Below, in pieces: positions 20,969 through 29,699 of a DNA stretch of 55,328 bases. The position numbers were made by a program, and so were the translations under genes. The notes below the pieces were generated by a model. The model was given only the letters and a program-made list of their open reading frames with translations. It ran no database searches and was not told the origin of the DNA. Each line of letters begins with the position of its first letter. Position 1 is the first letter of the stretch. The stretch is from a virus (taxonomy: Duplodnaviria > Caudoviricetes), in IMG/VR virus record IMGVR_UViG_3300049491_000841, positions 1 through 55,328 of that record. The stretch is one strand, 5' to 3'.

Positions 20969-21196
20969 TCAAGTCCAGTCTATGTTTCGTTTTTTCAATT
21001 CGCGCTTTATGTTTCTGTACACTTGCTTTCCCCTTGGGGTCAGTACTAATTGACTAGCCCCGTATAATAACCCGCTTCGAAGGCAATGGCTGGACACCAG
21101 ATCAAACGCATCAAGAGCGCCGCAAGCCGCGTTAAAGAATTCACGTCCTGTTTCCAAATCGGGAGATGGATTCATGGCCTTTAGGGTTTTCTCCAA
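20969..21196 (-). CDS. Hypothetical protein
   Basis: AAGGAG Shine-Dalgarno upstream; flanked by 16-bp direct repeats. Confidence 0.45.
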   Translation of the reverse strand: MEKTLKAMNPSPDLETGREFFNAACGALDAFDLVSSHCLRSGLLYGASQLVLTPRGKQVYRNIKRELKKRNIDWT

Positions 21197-21874
21197 TTCA
21201 TCTCCTTCTCAATTCCTGCGCTTACCTTCAACTCATACTGTTGCATCACCCAATCCTTCAGCGGGTTGTCGATCTCCAGGAGTAGCCACGCGGCCAGAAT
21301 CATCGTTGCTAAGTAAAAGGTGAGTTTCATTTGTTTTCATTCGTTCGGAGCGGCAAACCATGAACCAGTTCCGGGAAGTACCACATATCTCCCCATAGAA
21401 CTCGCTTCTCTTGCAAGTTTTTGTCGTAAACCTCTTTCGTCACCCATTCAGGTGCGATAAACGTGATTCCGATCACCAATGCGACTATGTCCATAAAATC
21501 AAAAACAGCGGGCCATAGATCGGCATAACAAGACCAATGCACCTGCTTCTATCCTGCACTGCCTGGCCCGCCGCTCCCCCGCGAGATCCGGCAATCACCG
21601 GCTCGAACCCGCCCCGCGCTGCGGCCGCTTGTGACAATCACAACACATAGCGCTCGCTTTGAACTGCGGAGTTGGTGTTCAGGGGAAAATTCATTTCAAT
21701 AAAGGAACCTTCACTGGTCTGGCTAGGTATTTCATAACTACCGTCTTTCCGTGAAATCCAGTCAGGTTGCAGTTTTTGATTGCCTCCTCTCGAGAAGACG
21801 CCCATGCAACGCCGTGCATTTTCACGATGGCTTCTACTTGCCAAACCGATCGCTTATCAGTTTTTGATTTCATC

Positions 21875-22105
21875 TCACTTCGATAACGCGGCTAGGAAAT
21901 TAGCCCGATTTGCGGCCTCCACCACACTCGACGTGCCTGGATCGGGGACAACAGGCCCTGCATCTTTTTCATAATATTGTGATTCCACTATGCAATTCCC
22001 CGCAAACTCCAGCAGCTTTTGGCATCGCTCAGGAGTATCTCTCCAGTGAGCGAAAAACCCAGGAGCTTCGAGCCTTATCCAAATTCTTCGATCTTTGTTA
22101 TCCAT
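21875..22105 (-). CDS. Hypothetical protein
   Basis: Packed in the leftward early operon. Confidence 0.5.
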   Translation of the reverse strand: MDNKDRRIWIRLEAPGFFAHWRDTPERCQKLLEFAGNCIVESQYYEKDAGPVVPDPGTSSVVEAANRANFLAALSK

Positions 22106-22300
22106 GACTATCCCCTTCTTATAGGCAAAGGAATGGAAATGATCGTGTATCCTTCTTTCGTTGCAATCGCGAAAAATCCGAAGTCAAATCGCGACCCAAC
22201 GGTGAATCTCTCGTGACGTGAAACCACAACACGCATGGCCATTTCATATCCAAACTCTTCTTCCGTCACCCATTGCACAACTATTGTTTTCATAGGGTTT

Positions 22301-22708
22301 TCATCGCAATAAAAACCATGCCGCTTTGACCAGCGCAGCCAGCGCCAGCACGAGTGCCATCGTCCACAGCACCGCGTCTTTCCAATCCTGCCATTGCTCT
22401 GCCCGGTCCTGCGCGCGCGCTTCTTCCATTGCGGAAAGTTCCGGAAGCCTCGGTTCAAAGCGCTCTCTGATCGTCGTCAAATCAACAAAGAACTTGTTCT
22501 CATGCCTAACGACATGACGAATCGGTGGATCAACAAATTTTCCGTGCGGGTCAATGTAAACCGGAGGATCAACTATTCGATAACCGATGCCGCGTGGCGC
22601 ATTCGGTCCGTTGATTGCATTGACTGCGCGCCTGTTGATGCGAATCCACGCGCCGTGCTCCCGCATCCATGCAGGTCTGTCCTCGTCTTGGTGGATGGAA
22701 TCTCTCAT
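22301..22708 (-). CDS. Hypothetical protein with C-terminal transmembrane helix
   Basis: AVLWTMALVLALAALVKAAWFLL; ATGA overlap with upstream gene. Confidence 0.55.
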   Translation of the reverse strand: MRDSIHQDEDRPAWMREHGAWIRINRRAVNAINGPNAPRGIGYRIVDPPVYIDPHGKFVDPPIRHVVRHENKFFVDLTTIRERFEPRLPELSAMEEARAQDRAEQWQDWKDAVLWTMALVLALAALVKAAWFLLR

Positions 22709-22911
22709 GCCACACCTTTCAGTGCTTCAGTCATTATTCTTTTGTGTTGCGCGTCCAGGTCCCGCTCAAGCAGGACTTCTGAAACCGTCGAGGGTTTGAC
22801 CTTCCGCTTTCCCGCTGGCCTTCCTTGAACCAAGGTCTCCCGCCATTCGCAAGACAGGAGAACTTCGTTCAGTAGGGTCGCATAAGTTTTCCTTTCGAGA
22901 ACGGCAGACAT
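22705..22911 (-). CDS. Small putative DNA-binding protein
   Basis: Short, with a basic segment and STVSEVLLER helix reminiscent of ribbon-helix-helix proteins. Confidence 0.35.
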   Translation of the reverse strand: MSAVLERKTYATLLNEVLLSCEWRETLVQGRPAGKRKVKPSTVSEVLLERDLDAQHKRIMTEALKGVA

Positions 22912-22964
22912 TCCCGGTCTGCCAGCGGGTTTGACAGGACGCCACTAAGCGACCCGTCGAAAGC

Positions 22965-23612
22965 TCAGTTGCTCGCCTCTATCTTCGCGTCTCTGGTTTC
23001 CTTCCAGGAATCGAAAATTTCCTCCGCGTTTTCGCTGAACCATTCTTGTACCTTTTGATCAATGTAGCAGTAGATTGCTGCGGCCTTCCATCCACTTGGC
23101 CATCCTTCATCATTCTTATCTCCAATACCGGCATCGTCGAATGCTTGTTCAATCTCGCTGCCGTAGAGATAAAATGTCGCATCAATTTCATGGGTGTAAA
23201 TCGGCACGCTGCCGTCGATGATCTCGTGCAATGCGCCTGAATAGTCGAGATCGTTTCCCCAGTCTGGACATTTGTCCGTATCGGGATTCTGCTCAAGATA
23301 ATTCTCAAGCTCGGTTCGCACGTCGGAAATCGCGCTGTCAACGCGCTCTTGCAACGTGTCTTCAATTTCAACGGTTCGCTTCATAGGTCTGTCAAAAACC
23401 GGCCCTCGCCCGGCTTGCGCGCGGTGGTTGCGTCGCGCGGCCCCGCTTTTCATTGCAACAATTTCAGTCACATTTATTGGCCATCCAACTTGCCCAGTTC
23501 CTATCTGGCTAACGGGCAAGCCAAATATGCCTTTGATCCTAATCCATTCCTTGCCGTGACGCATAAATCGCTCATGCCGCTTTATTTGTCCGAACCTAAT
23601 TTGTGTCGTCAT
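22965..23612 (-). CDS. Ocr-like (T7 gp0.3-like) acidic anti-restriction protein; the domain spans 22965-23384
   Basis: Highly acidic; ALHEIIDGSVPIYTHEI resembles Ocr AIHMAADNAVPHYYADI; first gene after a strong early promoter. Confidence 0.55.
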   Translation of the reverse strand: MTTQIRFGQIKRHERFMRHGKEWIRIKGIFGLPVSQIGTGQVGWPINVTEIVAMKSGAARRNHRAQAGRGPVFDRPMKRTVEIEDTLQERVDSAISDVRTELENYLEQNPDTDKCPDWGNDLDYSGALHEIIDGSVPIYTHEIDATFYLYGSEIEQAFDDAGIGDKNDEGWPSGWKAAAIYCYIDQKVQEWFSENAEEIFDSWKETRDAKIEASN

Positions 23613-23646
23613 ACTTCGTTTCGGTTACTTCGCTGTCACTGCCGAT

Positions 23647-23675
23647 AATCTATCCCGAACCGCTTTGAGTGTCAA
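23647..23675 (-). promoter_or_regulatory. Leftward sigma70 promoter with operator-like box
   Basis: TTGACA-17 nt-TAGATT; spacer contains CAAAGCGGTTCG. Confidence 0.8.
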
Positions 23676-23916
23676 CTGTTTTGTGAAGTGTTTTCGCACC
23701 GTTGTTTGAACCAATGTTTGCAAGGGTTTTACGCTGTTTCCCCCACCTCTTGTAATATTGTTTCTCGCGTGCTGCTGTGATTTCCTCTGGGCTTGCGTGC
23801 TTCCAAAACGAGCGCGCGTGCTTCAAGTTATTGCGTGCCTTCAGCACACGCTTTGCACTCACAGTGTTGCCACCCCTCCGGCCCAAAAGTGTCGCTGCTT
23901 TTGATGTTTCGTCCAT
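23650..23916 (-). CDS. Small basic putative transcription regulator
   Basis: AATLLGRRGGNTVSAKRVLKARNNLK motif; flanked by three boxed promoters; ATG at 23916. Confidence 0.55.
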   Translation of the reverse strand: MDETSKAATLLGRRGGNTVSAKRVLKARNNLKHARSFWKHASPEEITAAREKQYYKRWGKQRKTLANIGSNNGAKTLHKTVDTQSGSG

Positions 23917-23923
23917 GCCATAA

Positions 23924-23953
23924 AGACTACCCAAAGCGGTTCGCAAGTGTCAA
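23924..23953 (-). promoter_or_regulatory. Leftward promoter for the regulator gene (near-leaderless) with box in inverted orientation
   Basis: TTGACA-18 nt-TAGTCT; box at 23932-23943. Confidence 0.6.
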
Positions 23954-23977
23954 GGAAGGACTGCCGGAAATAAGCGC

Positions 23978-24006
23978 TTGACATCCAAAGCGGTTCGTCA
24001 TAGATT
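23978..24006 (+). promoter_or_regulatory. Rightward sigma70 promoter with operator-like box
   Basis: TTGACA-17 nt-TAGATT; spacer contains CAAAGCGGTTCG. Confidence 0.8.
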
Positions 24007-24051
24007 GCCCGCGTTGACAGCACAAACCACTAACTAAAACACAAAAAACTT

Positions 24052-24273
24052 ATGAGCCAGCATTACAGCAATCCAGCTCGCGAGAACGAAAAAAACGCAT
24101 TGCCTGACGTGGAAATCTTCCAAGTGACAAGCGCAAACCTTGCCGAATGTTTCGACGGCCCAGGCTGGTATTGGTGGGCCTGCTTCCCAGGCTGCCTGCC
24201 AGACTCAGAACCGTTCGGCCCGTTCGCCACAAAATCTCAAGCCATTGCCGACGCTCAAGACTGCGCTGACTAA
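24052..24273 (+). CDS. Early hypothetical protein
   Basis: GWYWWACFPGCLPDSEPFGPFAT motif seen in small early phage proteins; first gene after the promoter. Confidence 0.65.
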   Translation: MSQHYSNPARENEKNALPDVEIFQVTSANLAECFDGPGWYWWACFPGCLPDSEPFGPFATKSQAIADAQDCAD

Positions 24274-24285
24274 CTCCCTCACCCC

Positions 24286-24756
24286 ATGACTACTCAACAT
24301 AATGACAAAACCGCCAGCAATCCCCGAAAGAACTGCGAGGAGTGTGGCTGGCCTCAAGATGTTTGCTGCTGCGAATCAGTCACTCACCCTGACAACCCAA
24401 CATATGTCTGGAGGTGCGCAGAATGTGGCGGCGATCACGAACCAACCGGTGCTAGATACGATTGCATACTCCATTGGAAACGCAGAGCAATCGTCGCTGA
24501 GAATCTAGTCAACGTCGTCAAACACTATGGCCCGTTGCCGTTAGGCATCGAAAGGCCACACATCCTTGACGCGAAGAGCGCGATGGCTGCGGTCACGAGC
24601 CAGCGCGACGAACTGCTCGAAGTGTTGCAGGAAACGGTCAAATCGCTCGAATGGTCATTGATGGTAATAGAAGATATCCCAGCCGAGCGCGTTTTATCCC
24701 ATATGCTCAACCGAGCACGCGCCGCCATCGCCAAAGCAGTGACTTTCTGCCAGTAA
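24286..24756 (+). CDS. Hypothetical protein with CxxC motifs
   Basis: CEEC, CAEC; C-terminal ELLEVL...ARAAIAKA tail common in early phage proteins. Confidence 0.6.
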   Translation: MTTQHNDKTASNPRKNCEECGWPQDVCCCESVTHPDNPTYVWRCAECGGDHEPTGARYDCILHWKRRAIVAENLVNVVKHYGPLPLGIERPHILDAKSAMAAVTSQRDELLEVLQETVKSLEWSLMVIEDIPAERVLSHMLNRARAAIAKAVTFCQ

Positions 24757-24777
24757 ACCTCATACGCTGATAACGCT

Positions 24778-24811
24778 AAGCCCGCCGCGATCCTCTCGTG
24801 CGCGGGCTTTT
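24778..24811 (+). terminator. Rho-independent terminator
   Basis: AAGCCCGC...GCGGGCTTTT. Confidence 0.6.
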
Positions 24812-24894
24812 CCCGTTGAAACCGGGAATCGAAAGGCAACAAAACAAACACTTTGCCCCTCGCGTGAGGTCCCACAGCGGTCCTCACAGCAGTT

Positions 24895-24923
24895 GCCCCT
24901 CGTTTCAACGTGAGGGGCTTTTT
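24895..24923 (+). terminator. Rho-independent terminator
   Basis: GCCCCTC...GAGGGGC followed by T5. Confidence 0.6.
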
Positions 24924-25011
24924 GTTGTACAATCGCCCTAGGACGATTTGCGCCATATCCACATGCCATCCATGCCTCAAAAACCCCGCTCCGCTTGAAT
25001 AGCGCACGAAT

Positions 25012-25041
25012 TCAGCCTGTTCTCAGCCTGTTCTCAGCCTG
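25012..25041. repeat. Three TCAGCCTG octamers at 11-bp period
   Basis: Copies start at 25012, 25023 and 25034. Confidence 0.85.
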
Positions 25042-25093
25042 ATTCTTAGGTCTGTGCTGGACAATCACTTGTAGATGCTGTCCTGTAGGCTCA

Positions 25094-25552
25094 ATGCAAA
25101 TGCAAGCTCTGCCTGCTCGAAAGCGTGCTTACGCAAAGAATCGAGCTAAGGGCATGAATATGACGCAAGCTGCTCTGGCTGCGGGATATGCGCATAGTAC
25201 TGCGAAGACGGCCAGCACGCATATTGAAACCCCGGATGTCAAAGCCGTGTTCAGATCGCTCATGCAAGCGGCTCTTCCACCGAAGTCTCTGGTTGCTGTT
25301 GTCCAGGAAGGACTTATGGCTGTAGATACACGTCTTGCTAGCGTGGATGGCAAGTTCACGGATGAACGCAAGGTGCCAGACTACGCTACCAGGTTGAAGT
25401 ATCTGCAAGCTGCCGCGGAGTACGCTGGATACGTGTCAACTGAGGAAAAGCAGCAATCCAGCGTGCACGTGCTGGCCATGCTGCAATCCCAGCCTGTACT
25501 CGATCAACCATCATCACAGCCGGCCATAGACGTGCCCAGCGAGCAAAGCTGA
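25094..25552 (+). CDS. terS: Terminase small subunit
   Basis: HTH GMNMTQAALAAGYAHSTAK and PDYATRLKYLQAAAEYAG oligomerisation helix typical of TerS. Confidence 0.75.
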   Translation: MQMQALPARKRAYAKNRAKGMNMTQAALAAGYAHSTAKTASTHIETPDVKAVFRSLMQAALPPKSLVAVVQEGLMAVDTRLASVDGKFTDERKVPDYATRLKYLQAAAEYAGYVSTEEKQQSSVHVLAMLQSQPVLDQPSSQPAIDVPSEQS

Positions 25553-25772
25553 TTCTAACGTAAAATACTCATTTGGACCAATGTTCATGCGGTCCAAACG
25601 CATATTCACCCACGTTTCGCACAATACTGATTATGTTTAGTTGTGGGTCGAGAAGTAGTTTCCTTTTTCCTTGTCACAGCCGGATAGATGTGGGGCAGCA
25701 CCCCTTTTGACCGGGTGGACTTGTGATATGCACTCCTTGTGAAAATCATATAATTTTGGCAATCTTAAACAT

Positions 25773-25961
25773 ATGACAAAGGTTGATTTAAGGAGAGCGA
25801 TACGCAGGACAGGGATGAGCGATGACGAAGCGATGGATGCGATGCAGAGAGAGGCATGGCCGCGGGTAGTGAGTGATTTATGTGTGAGGGTTGAGGATGT
25901 GGCGATGGAGGACATAGCGAGAGCGGTGGAGTGGCTGGAGACGTATGGGGTGAGGTTTTGA
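25773..25961 (+). CDS. Hypothetical protein
   Basis: G-rich ORF with VVSDLCVRVEDVA motif. Confidence 0.5.
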   Translation: MTKVDLRRAIRRTGMSDDEAMDAMQREAWPRVVSDLCVRVEDVAMEDIARAVEWLETYGVRF

Positions 25962-25962
25962 A

Positions 25963-26169
25963 ATGAGTAAGGACGAAGAATTTGCGAAGAGGATGGTGAT
26001 GATTTTTGAGATTGAGGTAGGGATGGACATGAAGGAGCGTGAGGAAGTAGAGGAGATGAATAGGATGTTGAAGGAATACGGGTGTTTTACAGGATGGGTG
26101 ATGAAGAAAGAAGAGATTGAAGAAGGCGATAGAAATGGGCAGCGTAAAGCAAGGAAACGGAGGAATTGA
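25963..26169 (+). CDS. Hypothetical protein
   Basis: Purine-rich ORF directly following the previous one. Confidence 0.4.
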   Translation: MSKDEEFAKRMVMIFEIEVGMDMKEREEVEEMNRMLKEYGCFTGWVMKKEEIEEGDRNGQRKARKRRN

Positions 26170-26742
26170 ATGCGGGCATGGAATTCCCAGAGATGACCTT
26201 TCCGGTTGAGCTACGTGGCACCTATGGCCAACAGACACGGTTGTCCGCGGTAGGCGGACCTCAACTGGGAACACTTACCGCAGCGCTGGTGGCTGGGCAG
26301 TAACTTTGGACCATTTGCTCGGCGTTTCGCCCGTTGTGGGGGCCACCCTTACAGGCGGTTTGGACTTGGATCGGGTTGGTACCCGAAAGCCGGTCCCCGT
26401 ACGTGGCGTGATCGTCAGCAACCTCGTGCAACACCTGCGAATTATTGAGAGGCTGGGGTTTTAACCCGGTAGCTTCAGCCCGCGGTGTGGAAAAATAAAG
26501 CCGGTGCTGGGTGAACCCAAACACCGGCTGTCGGGCGACTGGGGAGCCGATAAAACAAATAGTCGGCGCAGTGCCATAAGCCCGGAAAAATCCGTCCGGG
26601 ACGGAAAAGAATAGGCGCCGGATTTCTCCCGGCGCCTTTACTGTGTCCCTGATCGGACGTGTTTGACGGACCCCACCAACTGGGTTGTCACCGACCAGGA
26701 AACTGAAATTTATTCCGCCAAACACACCGGCAATAAATGCCG
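26170..26742 (+). ncRNA. Putative large structured non-coding RNA (unassigned)
   Basis: More than 10 consecutive hairpins, several with G-U pairs that form only on the + strand; no credible ORF. Confidence 0.55.
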
Positions 26743-27184
26743 AGTGCGTTAGAACGTCAAGAACTATTTTTCACTTTTAGTTCGGAGGACATCCATGGCA
26801 CCGCTTGTACTTTGGGAATCCGAATCTTTTTCACGTCTTTGATTCGTATTCCTTTTCGGAACGGAATCCACACTTTCGAACAAGACGGTTTAGGCAATAG
26901 CTCACTCCAGTTCGTGCCGCATTTTAGACTTACGTTTTGGTTGATCATATCTCTGAGAATCGTGACTGATTTAAGCGGTTCATAGAATAGATTATTCCTG
27001 GAGCAAGTCTGACAAGTTCCATCCCGCCAATCGGAGTTGCGCGATGAATATGATGCTCGCACAGCCATTGCAATAGATCTTCAGGATGACAGACGCATCC
27101 TTTGTCGAAATAAAATAGAGCTACGGCAGGACCATCTTCGAACCTGCATTGATATTTTTGATCTTTGTTTTCAGGCACTTGGTT

Positions 27185-27472
27185 TTAGTGGGGAACACGA
27201 TTCTCGATGTAGGCATCTAGTTCATTTTTCATTGGAATAAGTAATTTCTTCTCAATCTTAAGACTCTCTCGGTGCATCTTAGCCAGCGCTATTTCGTCCA
27301 ATGTGGACGTTCCTCTTTTCATCCTAGCTCTCAGGTTTTTGATTTTTTTACGCGTGGTCGCCAGTTCGATCATCAAAGGGTCGAGTTGATCGGTGATTTT
27401 CTTTTCGTTACGGAGTAGCCAATCCATCTCGGATTGATCGCAACGGAGTTTGCCGTCTTTTTTAGTGTCCAT
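27185..27472 (-). CDS. Hypothetical coiled-coil protein
   Basis: Part of the leftward small-gene block. Confidence 0.55.
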   Translation of the reverse strand: MDTKKDGKLRCDQSEMDWLLRNEKKITDQLDPLMIELATTRKKIKNLRARMKRGTSTLDEIALAKMHRESLKIEKKLLIPMKNELDAYIENRVPH

Positions 27473-27484
27473 GCTTGGTTTTAT

Positions 27485-27859
27485 TCAAATGTGGTCGTCG
27501 AATCGCTGATCATTTTCGTTCGGAGAAAATACATTCTCAATGCCAGGATAGCAGCGCATCCATCCTCCTGCATCGTCAGTAATCCAAACGCGCCCATTTT
27601 CTATATATGCCTTGGTTTCACCATCCGTTCCGCGATAGGTAACGCCATATATTTTATCCGAACTAGTCGGTGCAACGCCGCGGATGAACTCTTCGTTGGG
27701 AGGCATTGGGAACAGTTGTTCTGGCCATTCTATGAGACTATGCCATGCGCCGCAGCAACAAGGTCCAGAAGCCATATCACATCTCTGATGAGAGCCATTG
27801 AAATGTGAAATTTCAGTTGGCATCGGAATCAGCTCTGGTGGCTCTTGTTTGTTATTCAT
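27485..27859 (-). CDS. Hypothetical protein (CDMASGPCCCGAWH metal-binding motif)
   Basis: Cys/His cluster. Confidence 0.55.
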   Translation of the reverse strand: MNNKQEPPELIPMPTEISHFNGSHQRCDMASGPCCCGAWHSLIEWPEQLFPMPPNEEFIRGVAPTSSDKIYGVTYRGTDGETKAYIENGRVWITDDAGGWMRCYPGIENVFSPNENDQRFDDHI

Positions 27860-27891
27860 GGATTTCTTTCTCGCCGTGCCTGACCTCTGCG

Positions 27892-28095
27892 TTAACCGCC
27901 ATACTCTACCACGTATCCGAGTTCCGAAGTTACTTTATGGCCGGTCGAACGTGCATGTTTAGCGGCTTTCCTTTGGACGGTAAGATAGTCCTGTTCACGC
28001 CAGTCGCATTGCGTGCAGTGAGCGATCCCGTGAATGAGACCTTTGCGTCTAACAATGAGATGCTGAGCCAACGATTTAGATTCGGTGTTGTTCAT
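27892..28095 (-). CDS. Small C2H2-type zinc-binding protein
   Basis: CTQC...KHARSTGH. Confidence 0.55.
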   Translation of the reverse strand: MNNTESKSLAQHLIVRRKGLIHGIAHCTQCDWREQDYLTVQRKAAKHARSTGHKVTSELGYVVEYGG

Positions 28096-28341
28096 GCAGT
28101 TTGTTCCGAGCGGAGTTGTTCAAGTCTTTCTTAGGTTGTCATATCTCAAAGGGCTATGACAATGTGAATGGCGATTCTGGAAATCGGCATACCCCATCTT
28201 CGTTTTGGAAAATCCAACTTGGCCTATTACCTCTCTGAATGTGTTCAGCGAGGTACCAGCACTCCTCAGCGGATCGTTCTCCGTCGCGTCGGCGAAGATA
28301 CTCCCAAAGTTTGTAAGCGAGTTCGCGTGTGTTCATAACTG

Positions 28342-28563
28342 TCACAACAAGTCGTGCGATCCAACGCTCGTTTCACTCTCTGCGTTAGGAGGAATCCACA
28401 CTGAGCACGTGAACGTCTTTCTGGTCATTTCTGGCCCAGCCCCAGGATCATCGGTTTCGATGGCCGTCCGGTGTTCGTTCGAGCACCTTCCCCACCACTC
28501 TCCCAGCCTCCCCCAAGATTTACAGGTCTCACAGGAGGTCTTCTGTCGTTTTCCGGTTTTCAT
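28342..28563 (-). CDS. Small Cys-rich protein
   Basis: CETC..W....G.C...TCSVW. Confidence 0.5.
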   Translation of the reverse strand: MKTGKRQKTSCETCKSWGRLGEWWGRCSNEHRTAIETDDPGAGPEMTRKTFTCSVWIPPNAESETSVGSHDLL

Positions 28564-28584
28564 GGATGCTCGTCGTATCCTGTA

Positions 28585-28809
28585 TTACTGATCTCTACAT
28601 CCCGCAATCGCGGGCTGAAGAAACCAGCTTTTATCACGACGCACGTTTGTTTCTCCAAGACGCAAACACTTGTTGTGTTTTTCAAGTGTTTCCCACGTTG
28701 TTAATCCTTCCGATACGGATCGGTGCGCCCTTTGGTAATGCGCACTGCAAAGACCGCGCGACATCGGAGAGCGTTCGCACTCTGGGTAGATACATCTTGC
28801 TTTTTTCAT
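28585..28809 (-). CDS. Zinc-finger protein, putative regulator at a divergence point
   Basis: CIYPEC...RGLCSAHY; likely start ATG 28809. Confidence 0.55.
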   Translation of the reverse strand: MKKARCIYPECERSPMSRGLCSAHYQRAHRSVSEGLTTWETLEKHNKCLRLGETNVRRDKSWFLQPAIAGCRDQ

Positions 28810-28870
28810 CTGCGCAACAAATTCCCACAAAGAGTTTGACAAGTCAACGAAATAATGCAGAATCTTTCGC

Positions 28871-29092
28871 ATGGCAGAAATGACCTTGAAAACCAAAGTT
28901 CTAACGTGGAAACAACTGCATTGCGAATCAACTTTAGAAATGGTACGACTCGACAACTTGCTCTCTGAAATCTTCGATGAGATCGAGCGGAGAGCGGAGG
29001 GGAACATGCTAAAGACCAGCAAGCTGGAAGGATCGCATTACGCCGCGATGAAAGAAGTGCGAACCGAACTCGGAATCCCGCGCAAGCCATGA
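28871..29092 (+). CDS. Hypothetical protein
   Basis: First gene of the long rightward unit; TTGACA at 28836. Confidence 0.55.
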   Translation: MAEMTLKTKVLTWKQLHCESTLEMVRLDNLLSEIFDEIERRAEGNMLKTSKLEGSHYAAMKEVRTELGIPRKP

Positions 29093-29304
29093 ATTGGATT
29101 TCTGCTGACCGAATTGAGTCTTTCCCGGAATGTCACAGCATGCCGATGAAGATAAAACGCCTCTTGATCTCGCTCGACGGCGAGTCGGAAGCTTTTCTTG
29201 GCTGGTATTTTCCTACCGCGAAGGTCTGGCGAAGGGAAGGCTCGACCAGCGATTGGCACCCTACGCATTTCATGCCACTTCCGAAACATCCAAATGTCCC
29301 ATGA
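29089..29304 (+). CDS. DUF551-like protein
   Basis: MNWIS...PTHFMPLPKHP. Confidence 0.7.
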   Translation: MNWISADRIESFPECHSMPMKIKRLLISLDGESEAFLGWYFPTAKVWRREGSTSDWHPTHFMPLPKHPNVP

Positions 29305-29339
29305 ACTTAACCTGCGAATCCTGCGGAAACTATACAATC

Positions 29340-29579
29340 ATGAAACCTTACCAACCGAAGGCCGGAGACCAGGCATTGGCCACTCTCGGCCCGGACTACG
29401 CACCCAACGAGCGCGTGAAAGTGACCATCATGGGAGCCGACAAAATCCCAGATGCCTGGGTCTGTCGTGACGACGAAGACCGAACACTGATCGTGCGCAC
29501 CCGGAAACTCTCGGCGCTATCAGTTCCGAGAGCTAAACGTTGTTCTTTGAGCGGTGTTCTCTTGCCGTGCAACCGATAA
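29340..29579 (+). CDS. Hypothetical protein whose 3' end runs into RNA cassette 1
   Basis: MKPYQPKAGDQ... SH3-like beta pattern. Confidence 0.45.
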   Translation: MKPYQPKAGDQALATLGPDYAPNERVKVTIMGADKIPDAWVCRDDEDRTLIVRTRKLSALSVPRAKRCSLSGVLLPCNR

Positions 29580-29692
29580 CAAGGGGCACGGGGAAAGGCA
29601 GTGAAGGTTGGTATGCAATGCTGGGACGCTGGCAATAAGCGCAACCAAATGAAGTAACTGCGAAATCAAGGGGACACCGCTCAGAGAATAGC
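29539..29692 (+). ncRNA. Stem-enclosed RNA cassette 1
   Basis: 26-bp closing stem 29539-29564/29667-29692 with 5 G-U pairs; inner helices CCGTGC/GCACGG, GCAGT/ACTGC, GGTTG/CAACC. Confidence 0.7.
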
Positions 29693-29699
29693 CACAAAA

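Noticed and set aside
26261-26725. 154-aa minus-strand ORF
   Set aside because: No motif or SD; the region is better explained by + strand RNA structure
26728-26742. GGCAATAA as a second target of cassette 2
   Set aside because: Only an 8-nt match, expected by chance in 55 kb
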